A stretch of 64,000 bases of DNA from Oopsacas minuta (Eukaryota > Animalia > Porifera): the NCBI GenBank assembly GCA_024704765.1, contig JAKMXF010000296.1, positions 346,465 to 410,464 of the forward strand, read 5' to 3'. Positions 25,407 through 38,104 of this stretch are shown in pieces. Positions within the stretch are counted from its first letter, which is position 1; each line of letters starts with the position of its first letter. The notes below the pieces were generated by a model that ran no database searches, was not told the origin of the DNA, and saw only the letters and a program-made list of their open reading frames with translations. A program made the position numbers and the translations under genes.

Positions 25407-25822
25407 GGGGCGCATGCATTAGTCCAAATTTCATATGTTTGCGTTAGTCCAAATATCAAATTCGGTTTTGGTCCAAATCTTTGAGTATCGAATGCATGCA
25501 TTCACGGGGAAATTTCGTCGAGAAAATATAGTCATTTACATTTGTTTTTAAACTATATACTCTCAGCAACTCACAGCCTGCTACAGATCCAAAGATGATC
25601 TAATTAAACACCACACCAGTTATCCAAATAGCCTGCTGAAATGCCCATATTACCAGCTCAAGCCAATTCTAGTACCTTCCAACGTGAGTTCTAAATACTC
25701 TTAGCAACTCACAGCCTGCTCCTCATCCAACTCTCGCAAACATCACCAAAAATTGGGTTTATGCCGATTTTGATATTTGGACTAACGCAAACATAAGAAA
25801 TTATGACTAACGACGCGACCCC
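25407..25822. mobile_element. MITE with ~58-bp TIRs starting GGGG and 8-bp TSD (Mutator- or Merlin-like, unresolved)
   Basis: GGGGCGCATGCATTAGTCCAAATTTCATATGTTTGCGTTAGTCCAAATATCAAATTCGG versus reverse complement GGGGTCGCGTCGTTAGTCATAATTTCTTATGTTTGCGTTAGTCCAAATATCAAAATCGG. TSD TTCCTATT/TTCCTGTT. Internal direct repeat TACTCT(C/T)AGCAACTCACAGCCTGCT near 25558 and 25697. Confidence 0.8.
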
Positions 25823-26674
25823 TTCCTGTTGCATAACATGTACTCTTTGCATCTGTTCTTAGTTTTATTTTATGTAAATTTCCATAGCATTTGATATTTT
25901 TTCCATTTTATGGAAAGGACTTCATTAACTGACAACTTTCTTAGCAAAGTTTGAATGCTGACGAACTATCGAATCATTTAATTACCTCCACTCAATGTCT
26001 GCATTTCCAAACAGCGCCATTCGGAGATTTAGCTCCTTGGCTATATGTGTCGAACGCGGTCCCGGATCGAAGTCCCGCCCTCAAATATGCAACTTTAAAT
26101 CTTAATATATATCAATTGTATCATGCTGAATTAGATTTAGGCATTTACTAAAAATTATACCACGTGTTCATAGCCTACTATATATAATGCCTGATACTAA
26201 CTGAATCAAGGCTGTGTTACCCGATTAAACAGATTGTCATTTCGATATTACAAAATGGTGCATTTTGGTCCGAATAAATCTGTTGCACTGTTGTTAATAA
26301 CAGCATATCAAGCATTAACAGCTAATAGTTTGAGGGATGTGCCAAATATGTGTGTAACTTAGTATACTGCATATATAATTTATTGTGAATCCAGCAAACG
26401 ATACTTTCATTCCAAATATCAGAAATATTTGATTGATGAGTTGGCTCGTTCTTAAGTAGTATAGACCGGGGATAACCTTTTTTTATGAAAATCCAATTAT
26501 AACTCGATAATCTGTTCACTCAATTTAGCAAGTGGAGGAGGCCCGAATTATATTTTGTCCAGGGGCCACCAAACACCTTGTGACGCCACTGTTTCCACTC
26601 CTGCCAGAAAATTCCGCATACGATACAGTTCGTCTATTATTGTTTAACTTCATACGTTCTTTTTGTAGTTAGTA

Positions 26675-29600
26675 CACAGTGTGCCAAAATTGCCATAATG
26701 GCGTATTAGGGTAACCATTACAACTAGACATGTTTTATATGGTCTATATAGTAACTCGACACCGTAAATTTCAAAAATTTCATTTAAATTTTCCGTAGTA
26801 TTACCACTATTGGGAATATGACGTCATTTCGGTGATTTCATTATTTGTAACATTCATGGTTCAATAACATTATTTGTAATTTCTATTATTGAATTAATGG
26901 TATAAAGTCAAGCTTCCTATTAGAAAGATTATAGCATATATAATAAGCTATTATATAATAATGAACCAGGGGTGTAGTTTTTCCCTTTACTACATATTGA
27001 GGGGATTATACCTTGTGGAAAAACTGTTACTAAATATATAAACTCAATCTCTAATATTCTTTAATTAATTATTATTCTCCAACACTATGCTATTATATAA
27101 GATATCTTGGGCGCTATTTGGGTCATTTGCACTAGAATTCCTCGTTTTGGTGGATGTAAAACGATTCTGCACTAATAGGGGATCACTACAACACAGAAGG
27201 CGAACTAGAATATCTCGTACATTGTCAGAGAATGATGTTTTTCTGGCAAGATTTTCCCGATACCGCCTCACGAACTTATTACAAGCTTCTAAACATTCTT
27301 CTGATAGATTCTGTAATCCCCTGCCATTATTATATTCTCCAATAATCTTGAAAGAATGGGAAAGTAGCTTGTGTAAAGAGGGGGGTGACGTTCGCCCATG
27401 GAAACTGAACTAAGATGTATTCATACGTTTCTTTACACAATTCTTCCATTTTGCTACAATTAATTAAGTTACCGCTGTTCACAAGTCGTAACACCACAGA
27501 TAGATTAGTCTGGATCTTCTCTAATAAGAGTTTATCAGATGGATTAATCGAGGAAGTCGCCCATTTTTAAAAGTCTCGCTTATCCAAAAAGCAATCACGT
27601 ACGATGTCCCCAGTAGTTGATGTAGCGCCCTGACTTGAAGGAATATCCACACTGAAACTACACTTCTCTAGAAGAATTGCTCGAATCCGCCTCATAGATG
27701 ATTTACTTTGTCATTAGATGGTGACCATACCTTGTGACCCGCATCAAGATGGTATATTAATAACATATACCACCGGAATACACATAGGTAGGCATGGAAA
27801 GGGGATGCAGCAATTATATTGATGTCAGATGTGGGTTTGTGAGTTATGCCCAAGCGTTGTTTGGATGAGAGTTTGAGGAAGTGATCCTCATTAACATCAT
27901 CAAAGAGTTGCCAGGCATCGCTAATTAACCTGTTTATGGGGAATCCAGAACGAACCCAGTCAATGCTTTTGATTTCTTCGTCAGATGCAGTACATAGATG
28001 ACGAGAAGCTCCTCCAGCACCATCTAACAGTCCAGCCATTTTTGGTGTCAAAGAGAGAACGGACAATATCAACTTGTACATGTCCTCCTGTTAGGAATAA
28101 TCCGTTCACCAATATTCGGTCGGTTTGGGGATTGACAATTTTATCCATGATAAAATGAACATTATTATAATCCTCTTTCAATGCCATCAACGCAACCGGT
28201 CTGAAACAAAAGGTGGAGTTAGGAGAATGGTTGTAGAAGACATCGTTTCCAAGTGTATCTGCTATTGATAATATTTTGAATCCAAATAAGATGAAACATT
28301 TAGTACTAAAGACAGGGTTATTATTTTGTTGGTTATAGGTGCGATGAGACCCGGAACCATCTAATCCATCTGATATCTTAACTGTGAGTGGATATTGTGA
28401 AATAGAAATTGGCACTAAGGTTGAAATCAAGCGTTCGACTGTAAGCTTTAGTATCGAATGATAGGAGATACAAGTTCCAATTGAGAAACCTTCAGGATCA
28501 TGGACTATCTCAATCTCATCAATCAAAGTTATTTCTCTACGATATCTGGAGACAAGCTCATAGGATGGTAATTTTACTTGACATTTGAGGACTTTTTTTT
28601 AATTTTTATATTTGCTCGCTCCAATCTCTAAACAGTCCAACAGAAAGGCAGATTTATCGATTGGCGCTTTGTGCAAGATTCCATTAAAAGAACCCTTGTT
28701 GATGATCTCCTTACACACTTGTGAAGTATCTCGATCGTAAGAATTGTTAGATATTAATCCTAAAGCCAGAGCAGCTAGTTGTTTAGGCTCGACATTTTCT
28801 CTTTCAGCTAAGAAATGAATATGGTCTAAAAGAATGCTCAGACTAGATCTGGAAGTTTGAAGATTGCAATCAAGTAAATGCTTTCTGGAATCATGGACAA
28901 TTTCTTCAGAGAAATTTCGACTTTCAGAAATAGAAACTTTACGAAAAGGTTCTAATCCAGGATCGAGTGAAATTCTCTTCTTTCTCGGAATGGAAATAGA
29001 TAGAGGTGCAGTATATGAATGGAAGGTCATATTCTCCCAGGTCTCAAGATCACTCTTCTTCCGGTAATACTCTCTGGATGATTTAAGGGACTTGAACTTA
29101 TATAGAATAGTATCATGTTCTTCCTGTGAAATATTATTATCATCAATAAGATACTGCGTAGTGGCTTTAGGGCTTTTCCCCATTGAAATATAGCTAACAT
29201 ATGCTTCTTTGTTGATTACAACAGAGGCCATTACTTCACTAGGAGCTATTATTAGACAGAAAAAGATCAAAATTATTTTCGTGCATCATCTAAATTTGCA
29301 TGAGGGCAAGAATATATAGAATTTACTTGAATTTCAAAAAAATCCTAAAAATACACTTTTCCGATTTTTTGTCTGGTCCAAGCATTGATGTACTCAAAAA
29401 TATATTCGTGCACCCCGGTGCACGTCTGAAAATTGGTGTATAATTTCAAAAAAGTAAGCACTATAAGCGATTAACAATAAATTATCGTCCTCTTTTGTCA
29501 CCTGATAGATGCAGCACTCCAAACACTATATTAAAACTAAAATATTTCACTCCAGGCCTTTAAAACTAGACAGCCAACAAAATTTTTTGGAAACAATGAT

Positions 29601-29904
29601 ACTTGTAATAATTGCATAAACTGATCTAATATAAGAAATACGTCAAATTGATGATTAACTACAAACGTTATACAGTATATATTTGGAAGAAAATCGTTGC
29701 TAAGGTAGTTAGGTATTTACTCTTGAGGTTAGCTATTCAAAATAATCTAAAATATGCTTACTTTAGCTCGCTGTAATCGAAATTCCTATGGGTCATACAT
29801 ACAGTCGTCAATATTTTCCTACTAATTCGACGATGGAGATTCATAAAAACGTAGTTAAATTCGTAATTGAAATTTTGCCTAATACGCCATATCGGCACAC
29901 TGTG
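26675..29904 (-). mobile_element. RAG1-like / Transib-superfamily transposon, full length (3230 bp), inactive
   Basis: Both ends begin CACAGTGTGCC (26675 on +; 29904 on -). Perfect 5-bp TSD TAGTA (26670-74 and 29905-09). Encodes a RAG1-core-like transposase. Confidence 0.93.
27065..29270 (-). pseudogene. RAG1-core-like transposase pseudogene
   Basis: In order: NBD-like RKHLLDC...FLAERENV; KISDGLDGSG (first catalytic D); RPVALM..ED; SLFDTKM (second D); S(R)HLCT; PFHAYL; TSTTGD; PSLHKLLSH (Zn His pair); SEECLEACNKFVRRYR (catalytic E; compare RAG1 SEGNESGNK). Several frameshifts and an in-frame stop. Confidence 0.9.
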
Positions 29905-31439
29905 TAGTACTTTTCACTTAAACAAATGATCTATTTTTGTATTATTTGTATAGGAAGTATAATTGGATAGACGTATTAATTTCTCTTGTATTAGGAAGAA
30001 CGTCGTATCCGAATTCTCCTATATGCATTGGCTACCAAATTCATTGCGTATAAATTTAATGGAATATTTGAGAAGTACGACAAGTATCTGAATACATTTT
30101 CTTTTTAACCATTTTTCCTCTTTTTGATTTCATATATTAATAAGTATGGGTACTTTGACCCAGAAATGAGTCTTTGATATATATTATCACGAAAAATGTT
30201 ATTGTTCTTCTATTAGTTGCCAGATAATTGAGAATTTTAAATTACCAAAAGATGTTTTCGAGCATATTCACTCACAATTCACGATACATCTAACATCCAG
30301 AGCAATTTCTGGAGAATGAAAGAGCGTATATATATAGGAAATAGTTTTAGTCATTTCGTAAATTGTGAGACTCGTTTGTCCCAATCATTTTTAGTTCAGA
30401 TCCTAATGATATACTCCCCAACACGTGGCATTATTTACAAAGGAAAATACTTTCTCACTCACTATGAGAGGACCTCGAAAACATTTGACTGTATTCTTGA
30501 TCATCTTCATTTGGAAACCCCATAGAAAGAAAACGAATCCCATTCCCACTGAAACCCTCATACGCACAGAAATACCATGGCTGTTTATCAAGGGTATATT
30601 TTTACTCAACCATAATTTTAATAATAATATTTTATATTACTTGTTGTTACCATTTCTATCCATGAGTTTATATGACTAAGAATTATCCTTTTTCATAGCT
30701 ACAAAAGTCGATAATGGGAGCTGGTTTATTTTTATGTGCAATTCTATAATCGTCGATACTGAGAATACTTATTGCGATGCACCTACGCTAATTCATTATC
30801 TGCTTGAGTGTTCTTTTCCTCGCAGCCCCAATTTAATCTAAATATGCAGTTCGCTAAATGCTGCTACCGCATTTATCTCCATTAATCTAAGAATATTCAC
30901 TTTAAGGGATTGCATGTAGTACCTAGTGGATTATCTAGTATTGAAATCCCTTGCTTTACTCATGAAATGTTCTTGTGGAACTCTCAAAGAAATATAATCA
31001 GCTTTATAATGAAAACTTCCCAAATTCATAATTAGTACTTACCAATAAGAGCTCTATCAACTTTATAGTTTGTCAGTAGTTCAATCAAAGTTTTACCTGG
31101 CGAATATATTGATCATAGGAATATGAAAATCAACTTGAGTTCCATAGTGACAACAAATAACTTGTAGTGTACTGTCTATAGAAAGGGAATTTAGAAGTTT
31201 GATCGGATGTGGTGGTGTAGGATTAACAGAATTCAAGGTAGTAGAATCAGGGCGCCAAACAATGCAACCAGGAAGAACATGAATGTTATATAATCTGTTA
31301 ATGAGTTCTTCGAGACCTACTAAAACAAACTTTCCTTTTCTCTTCAAAGCTCATATTACTGAGCCTCAATGCCTAGAATTTAGAGACAGCATAATTTCAG
31401 AGCCATAAACCATAAGTAATTGTTTGCATACGTACTCAG

Positions 31440-31507
31440 GTGATTCTGTAGTTCTGTTTCCCTTTTATCCCTATCAAGGCGCTGTTGTTTATGGAACTAT
31501 CATTGAG
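31440..31507 (+). CDS. candidate small host exon (GDSVVLFPFYPYQGAVVYGTIIE), unidentified
   Basis: Acceptor ACTCAG|G and consensus donor GAG|GTAAGT bracket an open frame of 68 nt. Confidence 0.3.
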
Positions 31508-31758
31508 GTAAGTAGGGCAATTGAGAAGATACTAGGCAATTCTCCTTTCTTCAATCTAGCTTGTATTCTGCGGGTTTTATTCTTTCCACCAATGTTTAAA
31601 TATGACTGAGTGTTTATTATGTCCTGGGGATCAAAATCTTTGGTACACAAGTAAATCTTTTTTAGTTGATCGACGTCTAAAAATTTAAGAGATTATAAGC
31701 GAACGGCGATATGAACTCAGTAGTACAAATTACCAATAGCACTGGAAATTCTTAAATA

Positions 31759-33692
31759 CTACGGGTGTTCAATAAGTTCTGATTCTTACCCCCAAAAGTA
31801 CCTCAATGTTATACACAAACTATCAGTGTTTAACTTTTCGAAATTTTCCCCACCGTTCTTTATACAGCGCTGAAGACGCTCCAACCATTGTACAAAAGTA
31901 TTTTATAGTCTTCGGCGGGATTCGTTTTAGATACTGGAAAAATCGCCGATCCTTGTTTTGCGCTGTTGCTAAGATGACAACCAGAGAGTCTTCATTAAGC
32001 TTAGGGAAGGGTTAAAAACCACCAGGAGCTAGATCTGGGGTGTAGGGTGGATGTTCAAGCTCAATCATCCTCATCTGTAAGATGTTTTCTTTGACTTACT
32101 TGGTTTGTGAGGACGGTCAGTATCATGTAATAATCTCAACACTTTAGCACCAGGCCTTTTCTCCTCCTCAACTAGCTTACTTCCACTGCACCAAGACAAT
32201 TACTAGTGTAGAAGCTTCCAATAACAGTTCGTCCCTTTGGAACTATCACCATGGGCACTGGGCCATGTGCATCTAAAAATATGCAATACATGATCCTCGA
32301 TGATCTGAAATCTGGATGCGGTATCATCGGAGGGTCCGAGTGCTCTCCTATCCACACCTTATTTGCTTGTTTAGAAAGAGGTGTGTTATACTGAACCCAT
32401 ATCTCATCACCAGTCACTAACTCAATAATCTTCTCGGCTCGCATACTTGGTAGGATTTCAGCAGATTACGACAACATCTACCCTTGTCTCTTTCTGGGCC
32501 TTTGTGAGTAAATGTGTGACCCATCTGGCACAAACCTTCGTCAACTTGAGCTGTGATCTTAAAATGTGGTCTACACTTCCCATCGAGATTCCAACACTGT
32601 TAGATAGCTCCCTGATAGTTATATGTGGGTATAGGCCTATCAGTTTCTTGATAGCGCACGATTTAATTGGAGTTGCAGCCGTAATTGGTGATCAGGCCGA
32701 GGGTCATCTTTGATAGACTTCTTCCCAGCCTGAATCGCTGAGCCCATCTTCTGACTCCTGCATAAGACAGAGCACCTTTCGTAGTATAGACTTGAACCAA
32801 ATCAAAATGTATCTCGTGTGCAGATTTCCCGACGAGAGTACGAATCTCAACATAAGCTCTTTGCTCGATTTTAGAATTCTTGCCAAGTGATTCCATAAAG
32901 GTATACAGTAAACATTGGCTTTAACGACACTCGTTTGGACAGGCAAAAAAGGTCGTTATATCCGATTTGTCTCTAAATCCGAGGAAGCTTTAAATATACA
33001 TTATATACCTGATGACACCCAAATTTATTCATGTTATATGATGTAGTATTCTATGTTTTTGTATTCTCGTCATGTTGTATTATCTGCATCAAGCTCCTTC
33101 AAAATTTCGTATTTTTTAGCAAAAGAAAAGTGCTTCCTTTTGCTAACTCCGCTCGAATCCATGAAGATAAAATTTTAGCATTACATTGGACGTACAATAG
33201 CTTTAAATATGCATTTTCGTAAGAAGCCAGTTGCTGTTGATTCAAAACAGGGGAGGTTTTAATTGCTATATAATTAAAGCAATTATTATACCTTAATAAT
33301 TCACTAATTAGTACACTTTTCTGAAGTCCACGGTACAGATAGCCCAAAAATCGTAATCTCCGATGGGATTTGCATGGAGCAGACACAGAAAGTATGTCGC
33401 TAAATTCAATTTGTCGTATCCGACAGGTCGTTATACCCGAGGTATGGTGTGTGCAAAATAATGCTACGAGATTCTGGGTAAGCAAAATGAGTCGTTATAA
33501 GCGATTTGTCGTTAAAGCCGATGTCGTTAAATCCAATGTTTGCTGTAGTATAAAAAACACCTGTTTTAAAATTTGATATAACTTGTTGAGTTTTTAAGCT
33601 ATAATGAAAAATCAATACTAGCTTGTAGACAGAGGATTAAGTATTCATATTCGAATATCAATATATTGTAGTTGTTTTATGAATCCCCACAG
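31759..33692 (-). mobile_element. mariner element interrupted by a 640-bp pogo-derived MITE
   Basis: Left TIR TA|CTACGGGTGTTCAATAAG. Right-end reverse complement TA|CTGTGGGGATTCATAAAAC is degenerate. Subtracting the insert leaves ~1290 bp. Transposase 32896 to ~31860 on - with RAYVEIRTLVG, CARWVTHLL, VTGDEIW, EHPPYTPDLAP. Confidence 0.8.
32906..33545. mobile_element. Tigger/pogo-derived MITE nested in the mariner 5' region
   Basis: TIR CAGTAAACATTGGCTTTAACGACA versus reverse complement CAGCAAACATTGGATTTAACGACA, TA flanks. Confidence 0.88.
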
Positions 33693-34398
33693 TACCACAG
33701 TGATCCGAATTTATTGAACGCTCGTAGTATAAACTAGACCCTAGGGAAATTGATAAGAAAAAACTTTGTATATTGGGGGGGCTCACCATCTCTGTGCAAA
33801 GATGACTTCCACTTTTGCTCTATATCTGGGGCATTAGATGACTTCGAGAAGACTGGAATACCACGATGATCATTGTTGTGACCCGTTTGACATCTGGCTA
33901 CGGAACAAGATTTTGGCGCACTCAGAAAATGAACTGTATCTAACTAAGCACTTGAAACAATCAAAGATTGGAAAAATAGCGTTCTGGACGCAGTAGTGAA
34001 ATATCCTACTAACAACAAATGATTCATGCAGGAACCTTAATATTGTAAAATTCTGTTATGGGTGAATAATATATTCTACTCCCAGTTATCCCTGGTTTAT
34101 TGCAGTGAATATGCCTTATGTGATATGTATAAACATATATCCAAAGCAATAGTATATATTTCTCCGATAATTAACAAAATATTTTCAAATTTGAAATCAA
34201 AATTTGGAAAACCCAGATATGATGGGGAAAAACTGATTAGATAGTCGAAAGCCCCTAGATGATTATAATCATCAATTACTTCTTTTATTGTATAGGGGAA
34301 AATTTCGGATACCGAAGTACTTCTGTTAGTATTTGACTTATTACATACTAATTTTGGTTCCCCGACTGTATTTCTTATCATATTTCAATGCTCTAGAG

Positions 34399-36870
34399 CA
34401 GCGGTTCTTAACCTTTTTTTGGGCCATTTCCCACTTTGGAAGACTCAGTCAATCAATTTCCCACCAAATCATGGATGTAATTTAAATATTCAAAAGCACA
34501 CGGCCATATAATCCTATTCGTTTGAGAAGTTTTGTAACTTATATATTTGATTTTAGATAATGTATTTTTAATAAATCAACATAAGATCTCAGTACATTTT
34601 TCGAAAGTACTAAATTTGTAATGGTAAATAAGTAATTCAATTCTTTAATGTGATTTTTGTATTTGTTTACAACGCACAAGATCGGTGATATCGGGTTCAG
34701 TAAAGGAAATAGAACATCTCTGGTCATCTTCCACCTCTAATTTGTTTCGAGCCTTTGTTTTGATAGCAAGTAAGCTTGAAAGTCCAGATTCACATAGATA
34801 AGTTGATGAGAAAGGTACAATAGTTTTAAGAGCTTGTTTACTGACGATTGGATGAGCCAAATACATTTTGGCCCAGAAATCAGAGAGACTAAGAATTTGG
34901 AACTCATCCTTGCTAAATGAATCATGGACAAGTTCTAGAAACTCCTCTGGATATCCTCTGGAATCGTCTCGACCACATACTTGAATGGATTTCTTACCAT
35001 AGCAATTAATGGATCCTCTGTGTTAATCCCAGGAAAATATTTAGTAAACTCCCTTCCTAGGCAGTCAAGATGCTCCATTATGTCTTTTTGAAGTTGTGCG
35101 GAAAAGGGTTCATTACAGAGTACATCTGTCAATCGATGAAAGAACATGTATTGCCTTCCATGATCTTTCTTCTCCAGAGTTTACTTTTGGAGATGAAGGC
35201 ATTAATGTTGTCTCTAGACTGATTATGTTGGTATATCGGCCCTGAAGTTTCCGATTAAGCTCATTTAGAGCTTCAAAGATATCTGCAAGGTATGCCAAGT
35301 GAGAGACAAACTCTGGTTTATTAAATTCAATTAGGAGATCCATCTTGCATTTCATCTTAAGAAAGGTATCCACCTCTTCCTTAAGTTCAAATACCCGAGC
35401 CAACCACCGTACCTGCGTATGGAACAAGAGAAACTGATGGGGCATCCATTCCTTCACAAATTTGGCGAAATAAGCGGGTATTGGACGCTCCGCTTTTGAT
35501 ATAGTTGACTCCTTTAATGACGATCGCTAAATTAGCACATAGAGAACTAGGCATTGTTTTAGAGGCCAGTGCCTGGCGATGGATGAAACAGTGGGTTCTT
35601 AGCACATTCGGATTCTTGTGTTTAACAAGCGAGATAAAACCAGATCGGTATCCAACATGACTGGTGCTCCATCTGAGCACACACCGACTATATTTTTCCA
35701 GTTAATATTCATATCCCCAAAGAATGTTGAGACTACGGCCATGACATCTTCTGCCTTTGTTGTCGTCTCCAAGGGCTTACAGAATAGGAACTCCTCCTCA
35801 ATCGTCGGACCATTCATATAACGAGCAAAAACCATCAATTGAGAAAGATTAGCCACATCTGTAGACTCGTCCAGCTGGATAGCAAACATGAGAGATGCCT
35901 GGATTTTGTAATTATCTGATGTTTGATATTGTTAGACATATCAATAATCCTTGACTTGATTGTGTCGTTTGACATGGATATTTGCTCCAGCTTGCTAATG
36001 CCATCTTTGTTGAGGACTATTCGAGCACATTCAAGAATGCAGGGGTTTATGAGAGTCTCCCCGATTGTATGAGGTTTCTTGTTTTTGCCACCAATAGTGC
36101 AATGGCATACGACGCGTGAACAATTGACGTTGCCTGTTGATGGAATGCTCCACTGGAATTTAATTTCACCTTTTTAATCCAGTCTCCTTCAGCCCAAAGA
36201 AAGCTCGATCTTTTTTGGAATGCTCCGGGTGGACTGTGGTGAGATGTTGCTTCAGTTGGTACGGCTTCATACTTGAATTCGAAAGAGTTTTCATATACAA
36301 TACGCATTGTGGAAGTGGATAACCATTATTTTCCTGGAATGTAAAGCCAAAATTGAGATAATCTTCGTGATAATTTCTCTTCAGTGACATGGTAAACACT
36401 GACTTATATAAATTACTGTAAGAAAGTTAGAAAATTGAGACTTAAGAATTCGAGGAGGCCAAATAATGTAAAATAATTCTAAATCAGAGTTATTTGAGTT
36501 GAGTAATTGTTGAAAGTTGGTTACTATTTATATATAATATCAGGTATGAAACAAGTTCAATTTCACTAAATTAGAACTGGCACATTGATTGAATTTCTAC
36601 GTAGTGTCAATCTCCAAATAAACATTTATTATAAGCAAAGATACCATTCAAAAGTTAGTGCTAATGAAAAAGCATTTGATTGCACTTGGATTTGCATGGT
36701 TATATCTCACTTAAATGTATTCTTAGAATTCATTGAATTCGCAGAACTTGGCATATTATTTAGAATTTTAGTGAATATGTCCCCACATTTAATAACTTTT
36801 ACATAATGGTTCTCAGAAGCACCATCCCGCACCCAATGATCTTCCATTCCCCATCGGTTAAGTAGCACTG
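34399..36870 (-). mobile_element. Buster-type hAT element, inactive
   Basis: CAGCGGTTCTTAACC versus reverse complement CAGTGCTACTTAACC. Perfect 8-bp TSD CTCTAGAG (34391-98 and 36871-78). Confidence 0.93.
34645..36390 (-). pseudogene. Buster-type (ZBED8/ZBED5-like) transposase pseudogene
   Basis: MSLKRNYHEDYLNFGF, PQCVL, LSNSSMKP, FAIQLDESTD, SDGAP, THCFIHRQALA, HTQVRWL, LAYLADIF, PFSSTYLCESGLS. Frameshifted. Confidence 0.93.
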
Positions 36871-37859
36871 CTCTAGAGGGCTGGCGATACATGGCCTCAC
36901 CCTTGATTCATTGAAATAGTACGGATGAAATTGTTGAAGGGGCCATAAGTGAGGTATAGCAAATAGTATATATTGTATTACGTAGATAATGATCCTGCGG
37001 AACAGGTGCTACGTCTATGGGTTTGAATTTTATTACCAATAAATACAATTGGGAAGTAAGCATCCGAACTCGCCCTCCCAAAGTTTTAATTATGAGGGTA
37101 GGCGAAATACTTCCTTCTACCAACGTTTCAGATAGTTAGATATAACATAAATTTACTCCCCAATATATAGGAATCGGCGCCAGTAGAATCCATGAAAGTG
37201 CCTATTGTACCCCCTTCACCTAACTCTATGTATTTTTGGACGATTCTTCAAATGTCTGATAAGAGAACCGATTCCAACAGCAGGTTGATAAAATACTCTT
37301 ACATAAAGATCTATCAACTCCAACTGTGCAACTTGGACTCGGTTATCATTTACGAGATTCTATATATCACTCTCTGAGTAATAACTTAGGCTGAATTAGA
37401 TATATAATAGTTGTTGGAAGAATATTTCACTTAACGAGATATATATCCATATGTAAACTTTACATAGAAGCACAGTTTTCCAGAGAATCATTTTTCTGGG
37501 CTAAATACTGTAATCTCCCCTCAAATATGGAAAATGTCAACATTTGACTATTTCACTTTCTATATCATTTATCTTGCGAAAAATTATTGCAAACATCTGC
37601 AAACCTTTTGCTAGTGCACTTGAATAATTAGTTCTACTTTGTATGCAGTTATGGATATCTAAGTAGAGATAATTCTACAAGTGCAAATTGACAGATGTGT
37701 TCATAATTATTACCTTACCCATGACCATTCCATAAGTCTTCCAACCCATTATCTATATATATATATTATCATCCAATTTAATATTGTCGAACATAACCAT
37801 ATCGGATCTCCTTTCCAATGCGGTACCTTTGAGAGTTTTTTTGCCTACAATTTCTATAG

Positions 37860-38104
37860 TTAAATCCGAAGATAATAATTCCAACATTCCTGAACCATCA
37901 AACTTTTTTGTTGAGAACACGGTCATTGTTCCTACTAGTCCAATACATGACAGTATTACTCACAAGTATAGTTTGGACTCTGCAATATTTCAGATGAATT
38001 CAACTCGCCCCAAAAAACCTTCAAGACCTCACTCATTTTGTTTAGATGCCTCGTTAGGGATAGATGAGGAGAGTTTCCAAAAGATTTCTACAGGGACCTC
38101 TTTT
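37860..38104 (+). CDS. candidate host exon (Ser/Pro-rich; KKPSRPHSFCLD), unidentified
   Basis: Acceptor CAATTTCTATAG, 245-nt open frame, donor TTT|GTACGT, then a 55-nt intron-like segment ending AACTTTCAG at 38159. Confidence 0.4.

Noticed and set aside
26675-26715. Canonical 12/23 RSS
   Set aside because: The heptamer is perfect, but no ACAAAAACC-like nonamer lies 12 or 23 bp away at either end.
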